From Flaccisagitta enflata (Eukaryota), in assembly GCA_965153355.1 (NCBI GenBank), contig OZ231126.1, positions 2,480,001-2,544,000 of the forward strand: 64,000 bases of DNA, read 5' to 3'. Shown in pieces: positions 21,544-34,885 of the stretch. A program made the translations under genes and the position numbers. The notes below the pieces were generated by a model. The model did no database searches, was not told the origin of the DNA, and saw nothing but the letters and a program-made list of their open reading frames with translations. Numbering within the stretch: the stretch's first letter is position 1; each line of letters starts with the position of its first letter.

Positions 21544-24403
21544 GTAAGAAATTGACTTAAGAAGGTCACATTCATAAAGTGTCGTCGGGTGGGTTTAGGT
21601 GTATGATGATAAAAAAAATGTAAATGAAAAAAATCGAAGAAAAAACAGGGTTAATTTCATTGTGAATTTAGAATTTTCCAATGAAATAGCACTATGATAA
21701 ATCATCTTCAAGCTGACGTTTACGGCATTCACTGGACTAATTAGTTAAGAAGACCGATTAATACTATCTTGGTCAAAATAAGAGTCCTCGCAATTGAATT
21801 AACTTCTTAAAGTTTGAATATTGATCAGAAAAACCTGTTTCTCTATTACAGCAGTTTATTTTAGCGTATTTTGGCACTACATATTGCTTGCATAGTGATT
21901 TTTATAGTGTCATATAACAGCATCACTGAATTGCGTGTGACAGGTTTCTCATCTCCTGTATCTGTTTTTGCCACTTTGGTTTTATAGTGAGGCTTGTACT
22001 AATTTTTCTGTAAAATCTAAACGATTTGAGCAAATAAGCTCTGCTTGGTGGCAAATAAAAGCTTTTTTTGAAGCTCTTTACAGCGGTCACCGATTTTCTT
22101 ATGTTTCAATAATTTCTATGTATAGAAAATATCCAAAAGAAGCTGCTAGCATTTCAGAAACGGAAATCAATAATTTTTACCATAAAAATCAAAATGAATC
22201 ATTTTACTCTTTCTGCTGTAAAATCTAAACGAATTGAGCTAAAAAGGTCTGCTTGGTGGCATTAGATCGCATTTTTTGCAGAGCTTTCTAATGGTCACCA
22301 ATTTTTAAAGAATTTTTATACAATTCTTTAGAATAATCTGGCCACAATGTAAGAAAACGTGGCGGACTCTTAATTTGACCAAGATAGTAACTTACATAAG
22401 TTGCTTGAGTAATCATGGCGTAGTGGTTAAATAAGTTGAATTGACAGCGGCAGCGGCAGCGGCACCATCGGTAGGTTGGAAGTTAATGATCATATGGCCA
22501 TTTTGATCAGGCTCGGCCAGAATGGGGGATCACCCGCATCTAAGATGGGCATGGGGGCCCGAGACTTAGGGGGGCCCGGGAGGGTTCCTGAAATAAGAGG
22601 AAAAAAAGAAAAAAAAAAGAAAAAGAAACAAGGACAAAAAAAGGAAAATAAAGCTTTAAAGAAGAAGAATATAAAAAGTGAAATAAGTTTAAAAAAAAAG
22701 AAAATGAAGAGAAAAGAAGAAAAAAAGAAGAAGAAAAATGAAAAATGAAAAAAATAAGAAGAGATATGAAGGTGAGGATGAGGAAAGGTTAAGTCTGTGT
22801 AGATAGTCTTATTCATAAGTGCTCAACCTTTTTTTCAGGACTAGCACCCTAGGCACCTAGGTCTTATTATCTTATTCTTTTTTTAGTCGCCTGCACGCGA
22901 CTCTACAACCCGCCTTGTCCGTCGGTCGATCGGTTGGTCGGTTGGTCGGTCGGTCGGTCGGTCGGTCACGTTGTACTTATTTTTACAATTGTATTTTTTT
23001 GACCCCACTGCTTCTGCCCAAATGGTCTGGTGACCTCAAATATGGCCCCTGCCCACCCGCACGCGACTTCGGTAGCCGTGTATCCGGCCTTGTTTTAGCC
23101 CTTTTTGTTTTCTTAACTTTTTAGTCGCGTGCTACGCGTGCTACGCGTGCTACGCGTGCTACGCGACCCTCCGTTGCCGCTGCCGCCGCAAGCCCTTTCC
23201 AAAACGAAAAGAGATGGTTGAATTAATGCAGTCGGCAGGAGCAGCGGCAGTAGCAGCGGCAGCCGCGGCCATAGTTGCAGCGGTAGTGGTAGTTCTGAAG
23301 GTTATGGTTGGAGTCAGAATAGGCATTGGCAGCAGCAGTGAGCTCCATGAAGGCGACAGATCCTTTACTAGCGTTACGTGGGTATGCCATTGTCTTCATG
23401 GGGCACCAAACAACTTCTGTTTTTTGGTTTCTCCGTTCTTTAATCCCCACCAACTATTTCCCCTCTGAGCTATTTCAGGCCTTAAATCAGCCCTTTCAGG
23501 CCTTAAATAGCCTTTTCAGGGCCCAAATCAACCCCCTCAACCCTCTCAAACCTCAAATAAGTACGCCTTGACCTCAAATCTGCTTTCTTAGCTTAGGTCC
23601 CATATAAGCCCTCTGATACTTCAAATTGGCTTTCTAGGCAGCGGTCCCAAAGGGGACAAAGTCCTGTAGAACACATGGGGACTTCAGTTTGTTCTTCCGT
23701 TCCTTCACCCCCCTATTGTCCTCTCAGGCCTCTCTAGCCTGAAATCAGCTATCTCAGGCCTCACATCAGCCCTCTTAGGCCTCAAATCAGCCCTCCCAAG
23801 TCCAAAATTCGCCTCAAATCAGTCCTCACAAGCCTCAAATCAACCCTCTCAAGCCTAAAATTTGCTCTCTTAGGCCTCAAAACAGCCTCCCTAGGCCTCT
23901 TGTAAGCCCTTTCAGGCTCCAAATCTGCCCTCTCTGGCATCAAATCATGAACAGATTGTTGGACGGAAAATGAACAAAAGTCCCCCTGAGTTCTACAGGG
24001 CTTAGTGTATTATTTGTGGCCAAAATGAGCAAAAAACTGAAAAAAAAATTGTTTGCAAAGAAAACGTAAATTTATTGGAATGGCCGCAAAAGCTTAAACA
24101 ACATAATACAAATGCAAATCTGCTTTCTTAGCCTTAGGTCCCATATCAGCCCTCTGATACTTCAAATTGGCTTTCTGGGCAGCGGCCCCTTGACCCCCAA
24201 CTGCTCACCTTCCAAGCAATCAAATCAGCTTTTAAATATGCCTGCTCAGGATGTCTGGAAATTTGGGTAACAGAATAATAGGCGCTTCAGTGGTAGCGTG
24301 AGTGAGAAAAAGCATTGGGATGGTAAGCGGGAGGAGAATTTCATGTGACCATTTAATGAAAAGTGAGGATGATGATGATGATGATGATGATGATAATAAT
24401 GAT

Positions 24404-25335
24404 TAGGGCGGCTACCTGGAGGGTCAAATGTGGTCAAATTTCAGAACGCCTCAGCCAACTTACCATACACTCTACGTCGTATCTAAAAAGGAATTGAGGC
24501 AAGCGGAGATTGGTATCTGGAATGAAAACCCGCACAGCAACACTATCGAGTTTCAATGGGAGTAAAATTGCTTTCATATACTTTACCATTGTGTTGCCGC
24601 GTGGGTTTCTTGATCAAATACCAACCTCAGCTCTGCTTGTCTGGTTTACTGCCCAAATGCTGCTTAGCATAACGGTTGCAAAAGAAAAAACGGAACAAAA
24701 TGCTTTTCATTGTTTTGTATTCATCCAATGTGAAAAACATAGGAAAATCCATGACCGTTTGAAAGCTCTGTGAAAGATCTTTTGAATGAGACCTTGCTGG
24801 TTGTCCCCGCTTTATTTGTTTAGAAATGGCACAAGAATAAAGAAGAGGTGGTCACAAGTGTAAAAGTTGAAGTGGAAGAAGCTGCAGCTCTTCGTTGATT
24901 TATAAGAAAGGCCCATAAAGAACTTAAATGAGCTTTTTTTCTTAGATGAATTTAAAGATTTTCGAATTTTCTTTCAAACTAGACCAACCCCAGATCTGTA
25001 TCTCAAACGGTTTAGGAGCTAGAGCTTGTCAAAGTTAACAATGTTTTTCCCAAAACCTTTTCATTCAATTTAACCCAATATTGAATGGGGCAATGTTTTT
25101 TCTCATTGTTATGCCATGTCTAAACGAAAAAAGCTAAAATGACCAGCAACGTCGCATTTGAAAGATATTTTGCAGAGCTTTTAAATGGTCATGAATTTTC
25201 TGTAGTTTAGCCCTTCTGTTTGGCAAAAATTAGCGAGACAAGTTGTTCCGTTTTTTCTTTTGCTACTGTTATATGGTTAGATGGCGGAGGAATTTTAAAT
25301 TTTGAGCCAAATTTACCCTTCAGGTAGCCGCCCTA
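24404..25335. mobile_element. hAT-like MITE containing a nested TA-flanked MITE (~24671-25270)
   Basis: TIR tagggcggctacctg / caggtagccgcccta with near-identical 8-mers ataatgat / atgatgat outside; inner TIR acggttgcaaaagaaaaaacggaacaa / ttgttccgttttttcttttgctactgt. Confidence 0.75.
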
Positions 25336-27986
25336 ATGATGATGGTTATAAATATCATGGCGCTTATTTTTCTTGAGCTCCAAGCAGGGCATCGGGTACC
25401 TCTGACTATATGTGATTCATGGATGGCTAGCTTCCTCCACATTCTGTTATGCATTACTTAAGGGCAACTGGAACTGCTGACCATCTTAAACTTTTGCAAC
25501 TATTTAGCCTGAAAATAAAGTTAACAAGGCTCAGCAATTACCAGAACAAGACTCTTAAACTTGAATTGAGCTCCATCGGAAGCTCTTCTGAATACAATAA
25601 GCCTCTATGATTAACAAAAAAAAAAGGCCGGATACACGGCCAATACCAGTTGCGGACGGGTGGGCAGGGGCAGAAATGCGCGTTTTCACACTTTTTGACT
25701 CGTGTTCACGGACCAACGCCACTAAGGGCCACGTTTTGCGCAAGATGGCTCCTTGGGTATTTGGGTGAAAATTTTCATCTCTGCTATATGGCTCAAACTA
25801 AGTAGAATGGTCATAGTAGCATTTGAGCATACATTACCGGTCTATATGACAGGTTTTATGGCTATTTAGAGTGAAAAAAGGCGACCTAAATCGACATTAC
25901 TACAAAAAATGCTACATTTCAAGAAAAATCAAAGAATTTTTTGGATTATCTGTTAAGATTACTAAAAGCTCATGATATCTTCAATATTGGATTGGATTCC
26001 TTCATTAATGTTTAAATGTCTGGAAAAATTTAAAAAATCATTATTTTTTACATTTTTAGCACTATTAAATTAGTCTACTATTACTACATATTTGACCTAA
26101 TTTGCATGCTTTTATTACCCTATAAATATAAAAAATTGCACAAGGACGCACAATGAGCCACCTATGCCAAAATGTAGTTCAAGGGGTCCTGAATCCAGAA
26201 TTCTATGGCTCAAGCGGGCCTTCGACGTCCAAAAAAAAAAATTGTGATTTTCTTGGCCTAAAATGGACAAATAATAATGTGGATAAAAGTAAAAATCTAT
26301 ATTTGATTAGAAGAAAAATGAACAAAATGAGCTAAATGAGCAAAAAAATGATTTTTTTTGAGCACCTTATTAAGGATTCTTATTGAACAAAGACAAAAAT
26401 TTGATTGATTTGGTCAAAACATTAGACAATTTAAATGCTAAACATCGGAGATAAGAAAAGTCGCCCTTTAGATGTGGCTTAAAGAGAATAGATATCAACT
26501 TCGCCTTATCCTGCGTTCAATAACAGGAGTCGTTTTTAAATTTTTATCGCTAACTTCGAAAATACTCGTCCGATTATTAGTCACGGTGCTGGCTGAATGG
26601 AGGACGAGAAGAACCGTTGGTCATTTTTTATTCGTCCAGGTACGACATGTTTTGCCACTATAACAGCGCCGGAAACGCAAAAGATGAAAAAAATCGACTA
26701 TGGTTTTAATAATCAAATCGGGAGTTAAATGTATTGCAACTCGCTTTGAGAAATATGCACTTGTTAAGAGCGACTAAAGCAACATAGACAGGCAAAATAA
26801 AGCTATATAAAGTCGCACGTGCCTACGTGTTGTCATTTTTTAACTTGTAAAATGAGTTTGGATATCTTTTCTCGTTCTCGACCACTCAATGCGTCACATT
26901 TGTTCATCTACACTCTTTTTATTGAGTAAGGACAAAGTTTATAAGGACATGAGGCTGGAATTTTGCCAAAATTTAAGGACAATTAAAGGATAACCCCCAG
27001 CCTCAAATTTAAAAAGAAATTTTGTTTCATATTCCATACTTCCATCATTGCTGTGAAAATTGTTTAAAATATATATCTTCAAAATAGAAAATGATAGTTT
27101 TTTTTTATACATTGACTATTATCAAATGATATTTGAATAATATTAAGATACAAATAATCATTGTAACAATTTATATTCTTAAATCAATTTTTCTTAACAA
27201 ATTTAAGTTTTTTATGATTTTTTCAGTAACAATATAAAAAGATATTAAGGACATAGTAAGAACATTTCAGCCTCAAATCTGCAAAAAATTAAGGACAATC
27301 CAGCCTAAGAAAAATTTTACTGGGCCTTAAAAACTGAAAAGAGTGAATTACTCTCTTTTATCACAAGAGCATAGTTTATGATTACATCAAGGCTTTAAAC
27401 GGCCGCAAAATAAATAATATCTTAAGAACATACACGCCGTATTTTTTATAAGCGCAGTTTTTTGAAGTGAGGCTCAGCGTTCTTATTTTCTTATTTTCTT
27501 TTTTTCGTAGTATTGCAGATTCTGTATCATAGTTGCTAGCTATTCATAATCAATAAAAAAAAATTAAAGAACTTGGGCCATGAATTAACAACCACAACAA
27601 CAACAACAACAGCTCCAAAATATCAACACCATCATTTTTACAAAATATGAGTGTGTTTTGTATTACAGCAATTTGTTTATTTGCAAATTCGTTGTCTTGT
27701 CTGTCACAGTGTCACACATTTGTTCATGTATTGATAGTATTATCCTATACCTACTTGGCGTTCATAGGTAAAGAAATTTCAACAATCTTGAATCTTAAGG
27801 GAAATTGCCAAAAAGAAGCGTCATCTTCAGACCTATTAGTGGCAAGCTCGTCAGCGAACTGCGTGGCGGAGCCTTTAAAGCCTCTGTTGACCCACCAGAT
27901 TCGTAAAGCCCTAAGGTTAAAACTAGAGAAGCCTACAATTATCTTCCAGAGCAAGGAAGTTCATCGTTGTTTGATTAGAAAAATAG

Positions 27987-28060
<74 letters not shown>

Positions 28061-28265
28061 GTGCGTGTGTGCGTGTATGTGTCTTTCTGTGTGTCTGTTA
28101 ATGACTGAGTGTATGTTTGCATAATTGTGTGAACATTTTAATGTGTGCACATGAGCTTTTTTTTACTGTGTGTGTGAAAGTGGAGCACCGCTAGAGAGCA
28201 CACGATATAAAGGCATGCCAGCCAATCAGACATACAACCTACGGTCCCATGAAAGATTTTGTACA

Positions 28266-28663
28266 CAGATAAGCTAAATACAAGATGTGAACCCCCTGAA
28301 AACTGTAGCAGCCCTACTGAGAATCTTAATTAATAATATTTCAAAGACATATAGAGTAACGAAACAATGCTTATATCAATATAAATGGCGCCACCTGAAT
28401 AATTTTTAACTTTACTCCTCTAACTTAAAATATATCTTACAATAGTTATAAAATGAGCTATTTTTATAAATTCAGAAAATCTTGGATTTTGTATTATATT
28501 TTGAAACTAGAGTGGAAATTGCAAAATCGCCTTGGTGGCGCTACTTGTATAATCCTAAGCTATAATTAGCAACCCAATACAAACTATTTATTACTATAGT
28601 TTGATTTGTAAGGGGGGTGCTACAGTTTTAGGGGGTTAACATCTTATATTAACCCTTCCTCTG
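28266..28663. mobile_element. MITE, same family as 48055-48451 (opposite orientation)
   Basis: aagatgtgaacccc..aaaactgtagca / tgctacagtttt..ggggtt inverted ends, with internal ggcgccacc motifs shared by both copies. Confidence 0.8.
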
Positions 28664-28743
28664 TACTTATCTTTATGTTGGCAATAGGTCAGCCTCACTG
28701 TAACGCATAGTTTAAACTCATATTCAAACTCATACATGCACAG

Positions 28744-28966
28744 GAATTCGTCTTTGAACACCGACCGACTACTCAGCAATTTACGGGCAGAAGATGAGAT
28801 TAAGGGGTACTCGAATTGTGGCATGGAATTTCCCAAATCTCAGTCTACCATGATGTCCGAGGCTATCTCAGTCTACGCACGATTGCTTGAAGCGACGGAG
28901 CAAGAACGGGAGGAGGAAGATGAGGAAGATGTTGAGTGGATAGACGACTACGATGAAAGAGATTGA
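28744..28966 (+). pseudogene. Possible C-terminal exon remnant of a hAT-like transposase
   Basis: RNSSLNTDRLLSNLRAEDEIKG..MMSEAISVYARLLEATEQEREEE resembles, from memory, the tail after the hAT dimerisation region; cacag acceptor; no catalytic core seen. Confidence 0.3.
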
Positions 28967-29057
28967 GCAGAAACAACTAAAACAGTATCTTATCAAATAA
29001 GAACGAAAAAAAAACAAGAAAAAAAAAACAATTTACCAGCATTACAAAATTAACAGT

Positions 29058-29477
<420 letters not shown>

Positions 29478-29919
29478 TGGACCAGGACGACGACCAGATC
29501 GAGGATGATGACATTGACAAAGATGGAGCGTTGGGAAGCAACTCAGCGTCGTTTGAGGGGGGGATGCGGTTGCAGAATCGTCAACGTCTCCAAAGCGGCC
29601 GAGAAAGTTGAGAAATACTAAACAGAGACTTTGCCTCCGTTGTCAACATTCATCACTGTTGGCGCTGTTTTAACAGCGTTTTACATCGTTTCTGTTGAAT
29701 ATTTTCAAATGACTGTTTTTTTTCATTCAAGCAAAAAATGAACGATGTTTCCTTAAATATCTTTGTCAATCTTTTGCAATATTCAGAAACTAGGGCTTGT
29801 TACGATGAATATGTGCTCCACGCTGATTCCAAATGTGTACATGAATGGATAGAGTGAATGATTGAAATGATGAATGAAAGAATGTATGAAACAAATGTAC
29901 AAATGAACAAACAAATGAA

Positions 29920-30383
29920 GGCCAGGATTAGGCCGCTAAGTCCAGGTTTAGGTCGCTGAGGTCGGGATTAGGTCACTGAGGCCGGGATTAGGTCACTAAG
30001 GCCGGGATTAGGTCACTGAGGCCGGGATTAGGTCACTGAGGCCGGGATTAGGTCTCTGAGGCCGGGATTAGGTCTCTGAGGCCGGGATTAGGTCTCTGAG
30101 GCCGGGATTAGGTCTCTGAGGCCGGGATTAGGTCTCTGAGGCCGGGATTAGGTCTCTGAGGCCGGGATTAGGTCTCTGAGGCCGGGATTAGGTCGCTGAG
30201 GCCGGGATTAGGTCGCTGAGGCCGGGATTAGGTCGCTGAGGCCGGGATTAGGTCGCTGAGGCCGGGATTAGGTCGCTGAGGCTGGGATTAGGTCGCTGAG
30301 GCTGGGATTAGGTCGCTGAGGCCGGGATAAGATCGCTGAGGCAGGGATTAGGTTGTTGAGGCCGGGATTAGGTTGCTGAGGCT
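29920..30383. repeat. 20-bp minisatellite ggtc(a/t/g)ctgaggccgggatta, about 23 copies
   Basis: Direct reading; variants occur in blocks. Confidence 0.95.
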
Positions 30384-30384
30384 G

Positions 30385-30732
30385 TTATGCGCCACACATG
30401 GCGATATGCATCACGTGCGGCGGTTACGCGTCTCGCGCAGTGGTTGCGTGTCATGCGGGGCTGTTAGGTATAACGCGCAGCCGTTACGCATCATGCGGGG
30501 CCGTTGTGCGTCACGCGCGGGGCCGTTACGCATCATGCGCTGCGGTGACGCGTCACGCGCGGCCGTGTCGCGTTATGCGCGGCGGTCACGCGTTACGCGC
30601 GGCCATGACGCGTCACGCGCGGCCGTTACGCGTCACGCGCGGCCGTTACGCGTCACGGCGGCCATTACATGTCACGTGCAGCTGTTATGCGTCACGCGCA
30701 GCCATTACGCGTCACGCGCCGCTGTTACGTGC
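30385..30732. repeat. CpG-rich ~20-bp minisatellite ggccgttacgcgtcacgcgc
   Basis: Direct reading. Confidence 0.9.
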
Positions 30733-30934
30733 ACCATACTATGTGAACTGGATTGAAAACATCCAAGACTAACCCTAATCAATCAAGCGAAGCAAAAAAG
30801 TCCAGTGACTAGCTAGATGCGAACTTGCAACCCTTCCAATTAAATGATTTGAATGTAAAATCAAAACCGCCTCAGTTCAGATCTCATTGTCTCTTTTAGA
30901 TACATTCGCTTCTGCTTGGACAATGAAAACATGT

Positions 30935-31018
30935 GCTTCCATAGTATAATGGTTAAGAGCATCGCGGTGAGATCCCAAAGATTGCGACGCATCGCGGGTT
31001 CGAATCCTGCTGGAAGCA
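30935..31018 (+). tRNA. tRNA-like Pol III unit (pseudo-tRNA or SINE head), identity unclear
   Basis: Acceptor stem GCTTCCA/TGGAAGC, A box TAGTATAATGG, T arm GCGGG-TTCGAAT-CCTGC, anticodon-stem-like TCGCG/TGCGA with a 16-nt loop, T-run at ~31025; D stem poorly paired. Confidence 0.65.
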
Positions 31019-31691
31019 ATGCCTTTTTTTCTTAAACTAAATGTATTTGGAGTAAGAGGGAGGTGCTGCATGTGAGAGCGTTTGTAGCTGCACGTTACTG
31101 CGTGTAACTGCAGATTGCTGCGTGCAACAAGCTGCATGTAGCTGCATGCAAGGGGGGTGCATGTAAAAGAACGGTAAGGCAAAAATAATTTCAACTAATT
31201 TCCGCTTTGTAATTTCCAATAATTTCCGCTGATTTCTGGGGGTGATGAATCTTATCTCCGATGTGTAAGAGAGTTTAGCAGTATTTTTCACTTTATTTTC
31301 TCAAATTTCTCTTCTTTTGTACTCTAGGCTCATAAAGCTCTTAATCCAATAGAAATGAGTCAATATTGGATATAAATAGTTTCATAACATCTGGAAATAC
31401 GCAGAAAAATATTTTTCACTCTGTATATTTCATAAGGAACAATGTAATGGAAAAGATATAATGTTAATCCCCAATGAGCCACCTAGCGCACGATGCAGCC
31501 CACAGTGCAACGGACCAACAGACCAACGGACCAACGGACGGACGGACAGACAAAGGCTCTTATAGAGTTGCTTGTCCGCAACTAAAAAGAAACAGCATAG
31601 CCCAGTCAAGTCAAAAAAGGCTCGCATCTTACAGATTTTTGTACAAAATTGCTCGATGACGAATCAAAGGTCATTGATCCCTCCTCGGCCA

Positions 31692-32239
31692 CTTTTTGGG
31701 CAGCGGCCCCGAAGGGGACGAAGTCCTGTAGAACACAGGGGGACTTTCGTTTGTCCGTCCGTCCGTTCGTTCATCCGTTCGTCCCCCCCTATCAGGCCCC
31801 TCAGGCCTCATATCTTGCCTCTCAGGCCTCAAATCTGGCCTCTCAGGCCTCTCAGGCCTCAAATCTGGCCTCTCAGGCCTCAAATCTGGCCTCTCAGGCC
31901 TCAAATCCGGCCTCTCAGGCCTCAAATCCAGCCTCTTAGGCCTCAAATCCTACCTCTCAGGCCTCAAAACCAGCCTCTCAGGCCTCAAATCCAGCCTCTC
32001 AGGCTTCAAAACCGGCCTATCAGACCTCAAATCCAACCTCTCAGGCCTCAAACCTGGCCTCTCAGGCTATAGCATCTCATCCACTTGTTCAGTCAGGACG
32101 AACGAAAGTCCCCCTGTGTTCTACAGGACTTTGTCCCTTTCGGGGCCGCTGCCCTGCTTCCCCTCACTCCAATTCATAATCACTCAAAGCAGGGCAACGG
32201 GTATCGCTGACCACATATTGCCCTTGGGCGACCTGTTTT
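31692..32239 (+). mobile_element. DINE-1/Helentron-like family B, representative copy; others at ~1-274, 5802-6311, 9253-9700, 14545-14820, 20706-21230, 23637-24190, 61180-61949, 62005-62570
   Basis: ttttt-gggcagcggcccc..gtcctgtagaacacaggggg, (gtcc)n, central 21-bp ggcctcaaatctggcctctca array, inverted copy of the 5' block, 3' hairpin gccc-tt-gggc then gacctgtttt. Confidence 0.8.
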
Positions 32240-32286
32240 CTTCTAAATGATGATACAACAATAGGGCAATAGGAACCGCTGATCAT

Positions 32287-32633
32287 CATGGGTGTATGGA
32301 GAGGGAGGTCAGGGACGTCGGCTGACGTCCCTGTTTGTCAGACTTGCACCCCTGTCAGACTCAAGCCCATGTAGAAAAAGAAGGCAAAAAATGAAAAAAT
32401 GAAGGAGAAAAATGAAAGAAAAAGAAAAACTGGAGGATAAAAAGCACTCTCAGAAAAAGAATGAGAAAGAATATGTGTTTTTTTTATCAAATATGGATGC
32501 CATCTCTTACATGAGAATATAATTTAAGATTGAAGAAGACTGAATAAGTAACAGATACTATTGGGTTTGAAGCTCTCCTGGACTTGAAACCGGTTGCCGA
32601 CGGCCCTTTGAAATTCCATGCCATACACTTATG
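32287..32633. mobile_element. hAT-type MITE with an 8-bp target site duplication
   Basis: TIR catgggtgtatgg / ccatacacttatg flanked by ctgatcat on both sides; the paralogous site near 34532 has a single ctgatcat. Confidence 0.9.
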
Positions 32634-33654
32634 CTGATCATATGGGGCTTTAAGGACCTGTTTCTTTTCCCAATCATGCTCACGCAGTTGAGAAACATTA
32701 CTGGATTCGTTTGTTGGTTGGTTGGTGGGTCTTTAACTATTTAGCCTGAAAATAAAGCTGACAAGGCCCAGCAATTACCAGAACATCTCGGTGAAAGAAC
32801 CGTATTTTTTGGTTTACTTTCCATTTTCACTTTTTCTTCTCTTTAATGAATTTAAGCGATTTTAGATCACATACACTAGTAGAATGTGATGTCTACAGAT
32901 TTTATCGATCTTTTTTTTTTTTAAGTCATCGCAAAATATGTGGTTTTTAGCGTCAGTAGTTGTTTAAATACTGTTCAAAAGTACTGAGAATACCATAGGA
33001 TGCTTTCAAAAAGACACTGTCATTTTGTATGTCAGTGTGTCTGTCTCTAAGCACCTCACTCAGAGAAACGATGACAGACGAGCAATCCTCTAGCTTTTCT
33101 TGAGACATAGTGCTTCACCTTTGATTACCATTCATGTTTCGCAATGAGCAAATATCTTGCAAGGCAGCCACAGGTGAGCCCAGAGTTTTCTACGAGCCTA
33201 AATCACTAAATCTAAAAAAAAAAAGTTTTGTCAACAGCTAAATCGCCTTGGGTTGGATAACAGTAAACTCGCAAATTAGAGCCTGCTAGAATACGACCAA
33301 ATCACTGTTATGAACAAGACTCTTAAACTTGAATTGAGCTCCATTTGAAGCTCTTCTGAATACAATAAGCCTCTATGCATTACGAAAAAACAAGCCTGAT
33401 TGGGCACTGTTTTTGCATATTGCAGTTCCTAATGTCAACATTGCCTCTCATTGCCTCTCATTTTATGAATATACCAATCAATAAGGAATGCAGCTCCTGT
33501 AAGTTGATATAATATTCAAATGAATCAAAAAGAAACAACCAATAATGTATACCTGCCAGAGACCAGATCTGATCTACCAACAATTTCTAAGAGTTTATTA
33601 TGAAAACAAGGCCGGATACACGGGCCAAGAGGGTGCCCCGGGCGTTATCATTTC

Positions 33655-33920
33655 TTAGACCTATCCCTAGCTCCATCAGACCTATCCCTAGCGTTATCAG
33701 ACCTATCCCTCTTTCAGACCTATTCCGAGCTCTATCAGACCTGTCCCGAGCTCTATAAGACCTATCCCGAGCTCTATCAGACCTATCTCCAGCTCTATCA
33801 GACCTATCACCAGCTCTATCAAACCTATCCTCAGCTCTATCTGACCTATCCCCAGACCTATCCAAACCATCACCAGACCTATCCGACCTATCCCCAGCTC
33901 TATCAGACCTAACCGTAGCT
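33655..33920. repeat. 21-bp minisatellite agacctatcccgagctctatc inside a DINE-like element
   Basis: Direct reading; flanked by aacaaggccggatacacgg (33606) and tagaggtgctatggcgcatctaaaaa (~34045-34070). Confidence 0.85.
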
Positions 33921-34786
33921 GATTACTTTAGTGAATGAAAAAACGAGTATCATCAATGATGAACGAAATGATTTCAAACATTTTTAGCGATTTTTCATTC
34001 GAGCGTGACCAACAGATGAATGGACGGACGGACAGAGCCTCTTCTAGAGGTGCTATGGCGCATCTAAAAATCATCCTAGCTTATTTCTGAATCATTTCCA
34101 GTGATTTTTGCTTCTTTTTGAGATTTTCAACTTGAGCGTTACCGACCGACCAACCGACCAACCAACAGACAGAGCCCCTTATAGAGGTGCTATGGCGCAA
34201 AATTGAATTCTGGAGGAGGGAGGGATGGAGGCCCAGAATGATAGATTTGGGGAAGTTGTTCCGTAACTCAAGAGATGCGAGGGTGTAGTGTGGGAGGGAT
34301 TGAATTGATGACTGTTTGATTTTTGAAAAAGGGTAACGGAGCAACGGATGGAAAGACCCTCTTATAGAGATGCAAGGACGCATCTAAAAAAGAAATAGCA
34401 TAGCCCAGTCAAGTCAGAAAAGGCTCGCATCTTACAGAGTTTTGCACAAAATTGCTGGGTGACGAATCAAAGGTCGTTGACCCCTCCTTTTCTTCTAAAT
34501 GATGATACAACAATGGGGCAATAGGAACCGCTGATCATATGGAGCTTAAAGGACCTGTTTCTTCTCCCATTCATGCTCACACAGTTGAGAAACATTACTG
34601 GATTCATTTGTTGGTTGGTTGGTAGGTCTGTCTGTTGGGCGCTCAATTATCCGGGACTTTTTATATTGTTCATCGTTAAGCATCAACTTTCCCCCAAGAT
34701 CATAGTCTATGATTTGTTGCAATCACTGTCCGTCTGTCCATCCATCTTTCTGTGTGTGTGTCTGTCTGTCTCTCTCTCTCTCTCTC

Positions 34787-34881
<95 letters not shown>

Positions 34882-34885
<4 letters not shown>

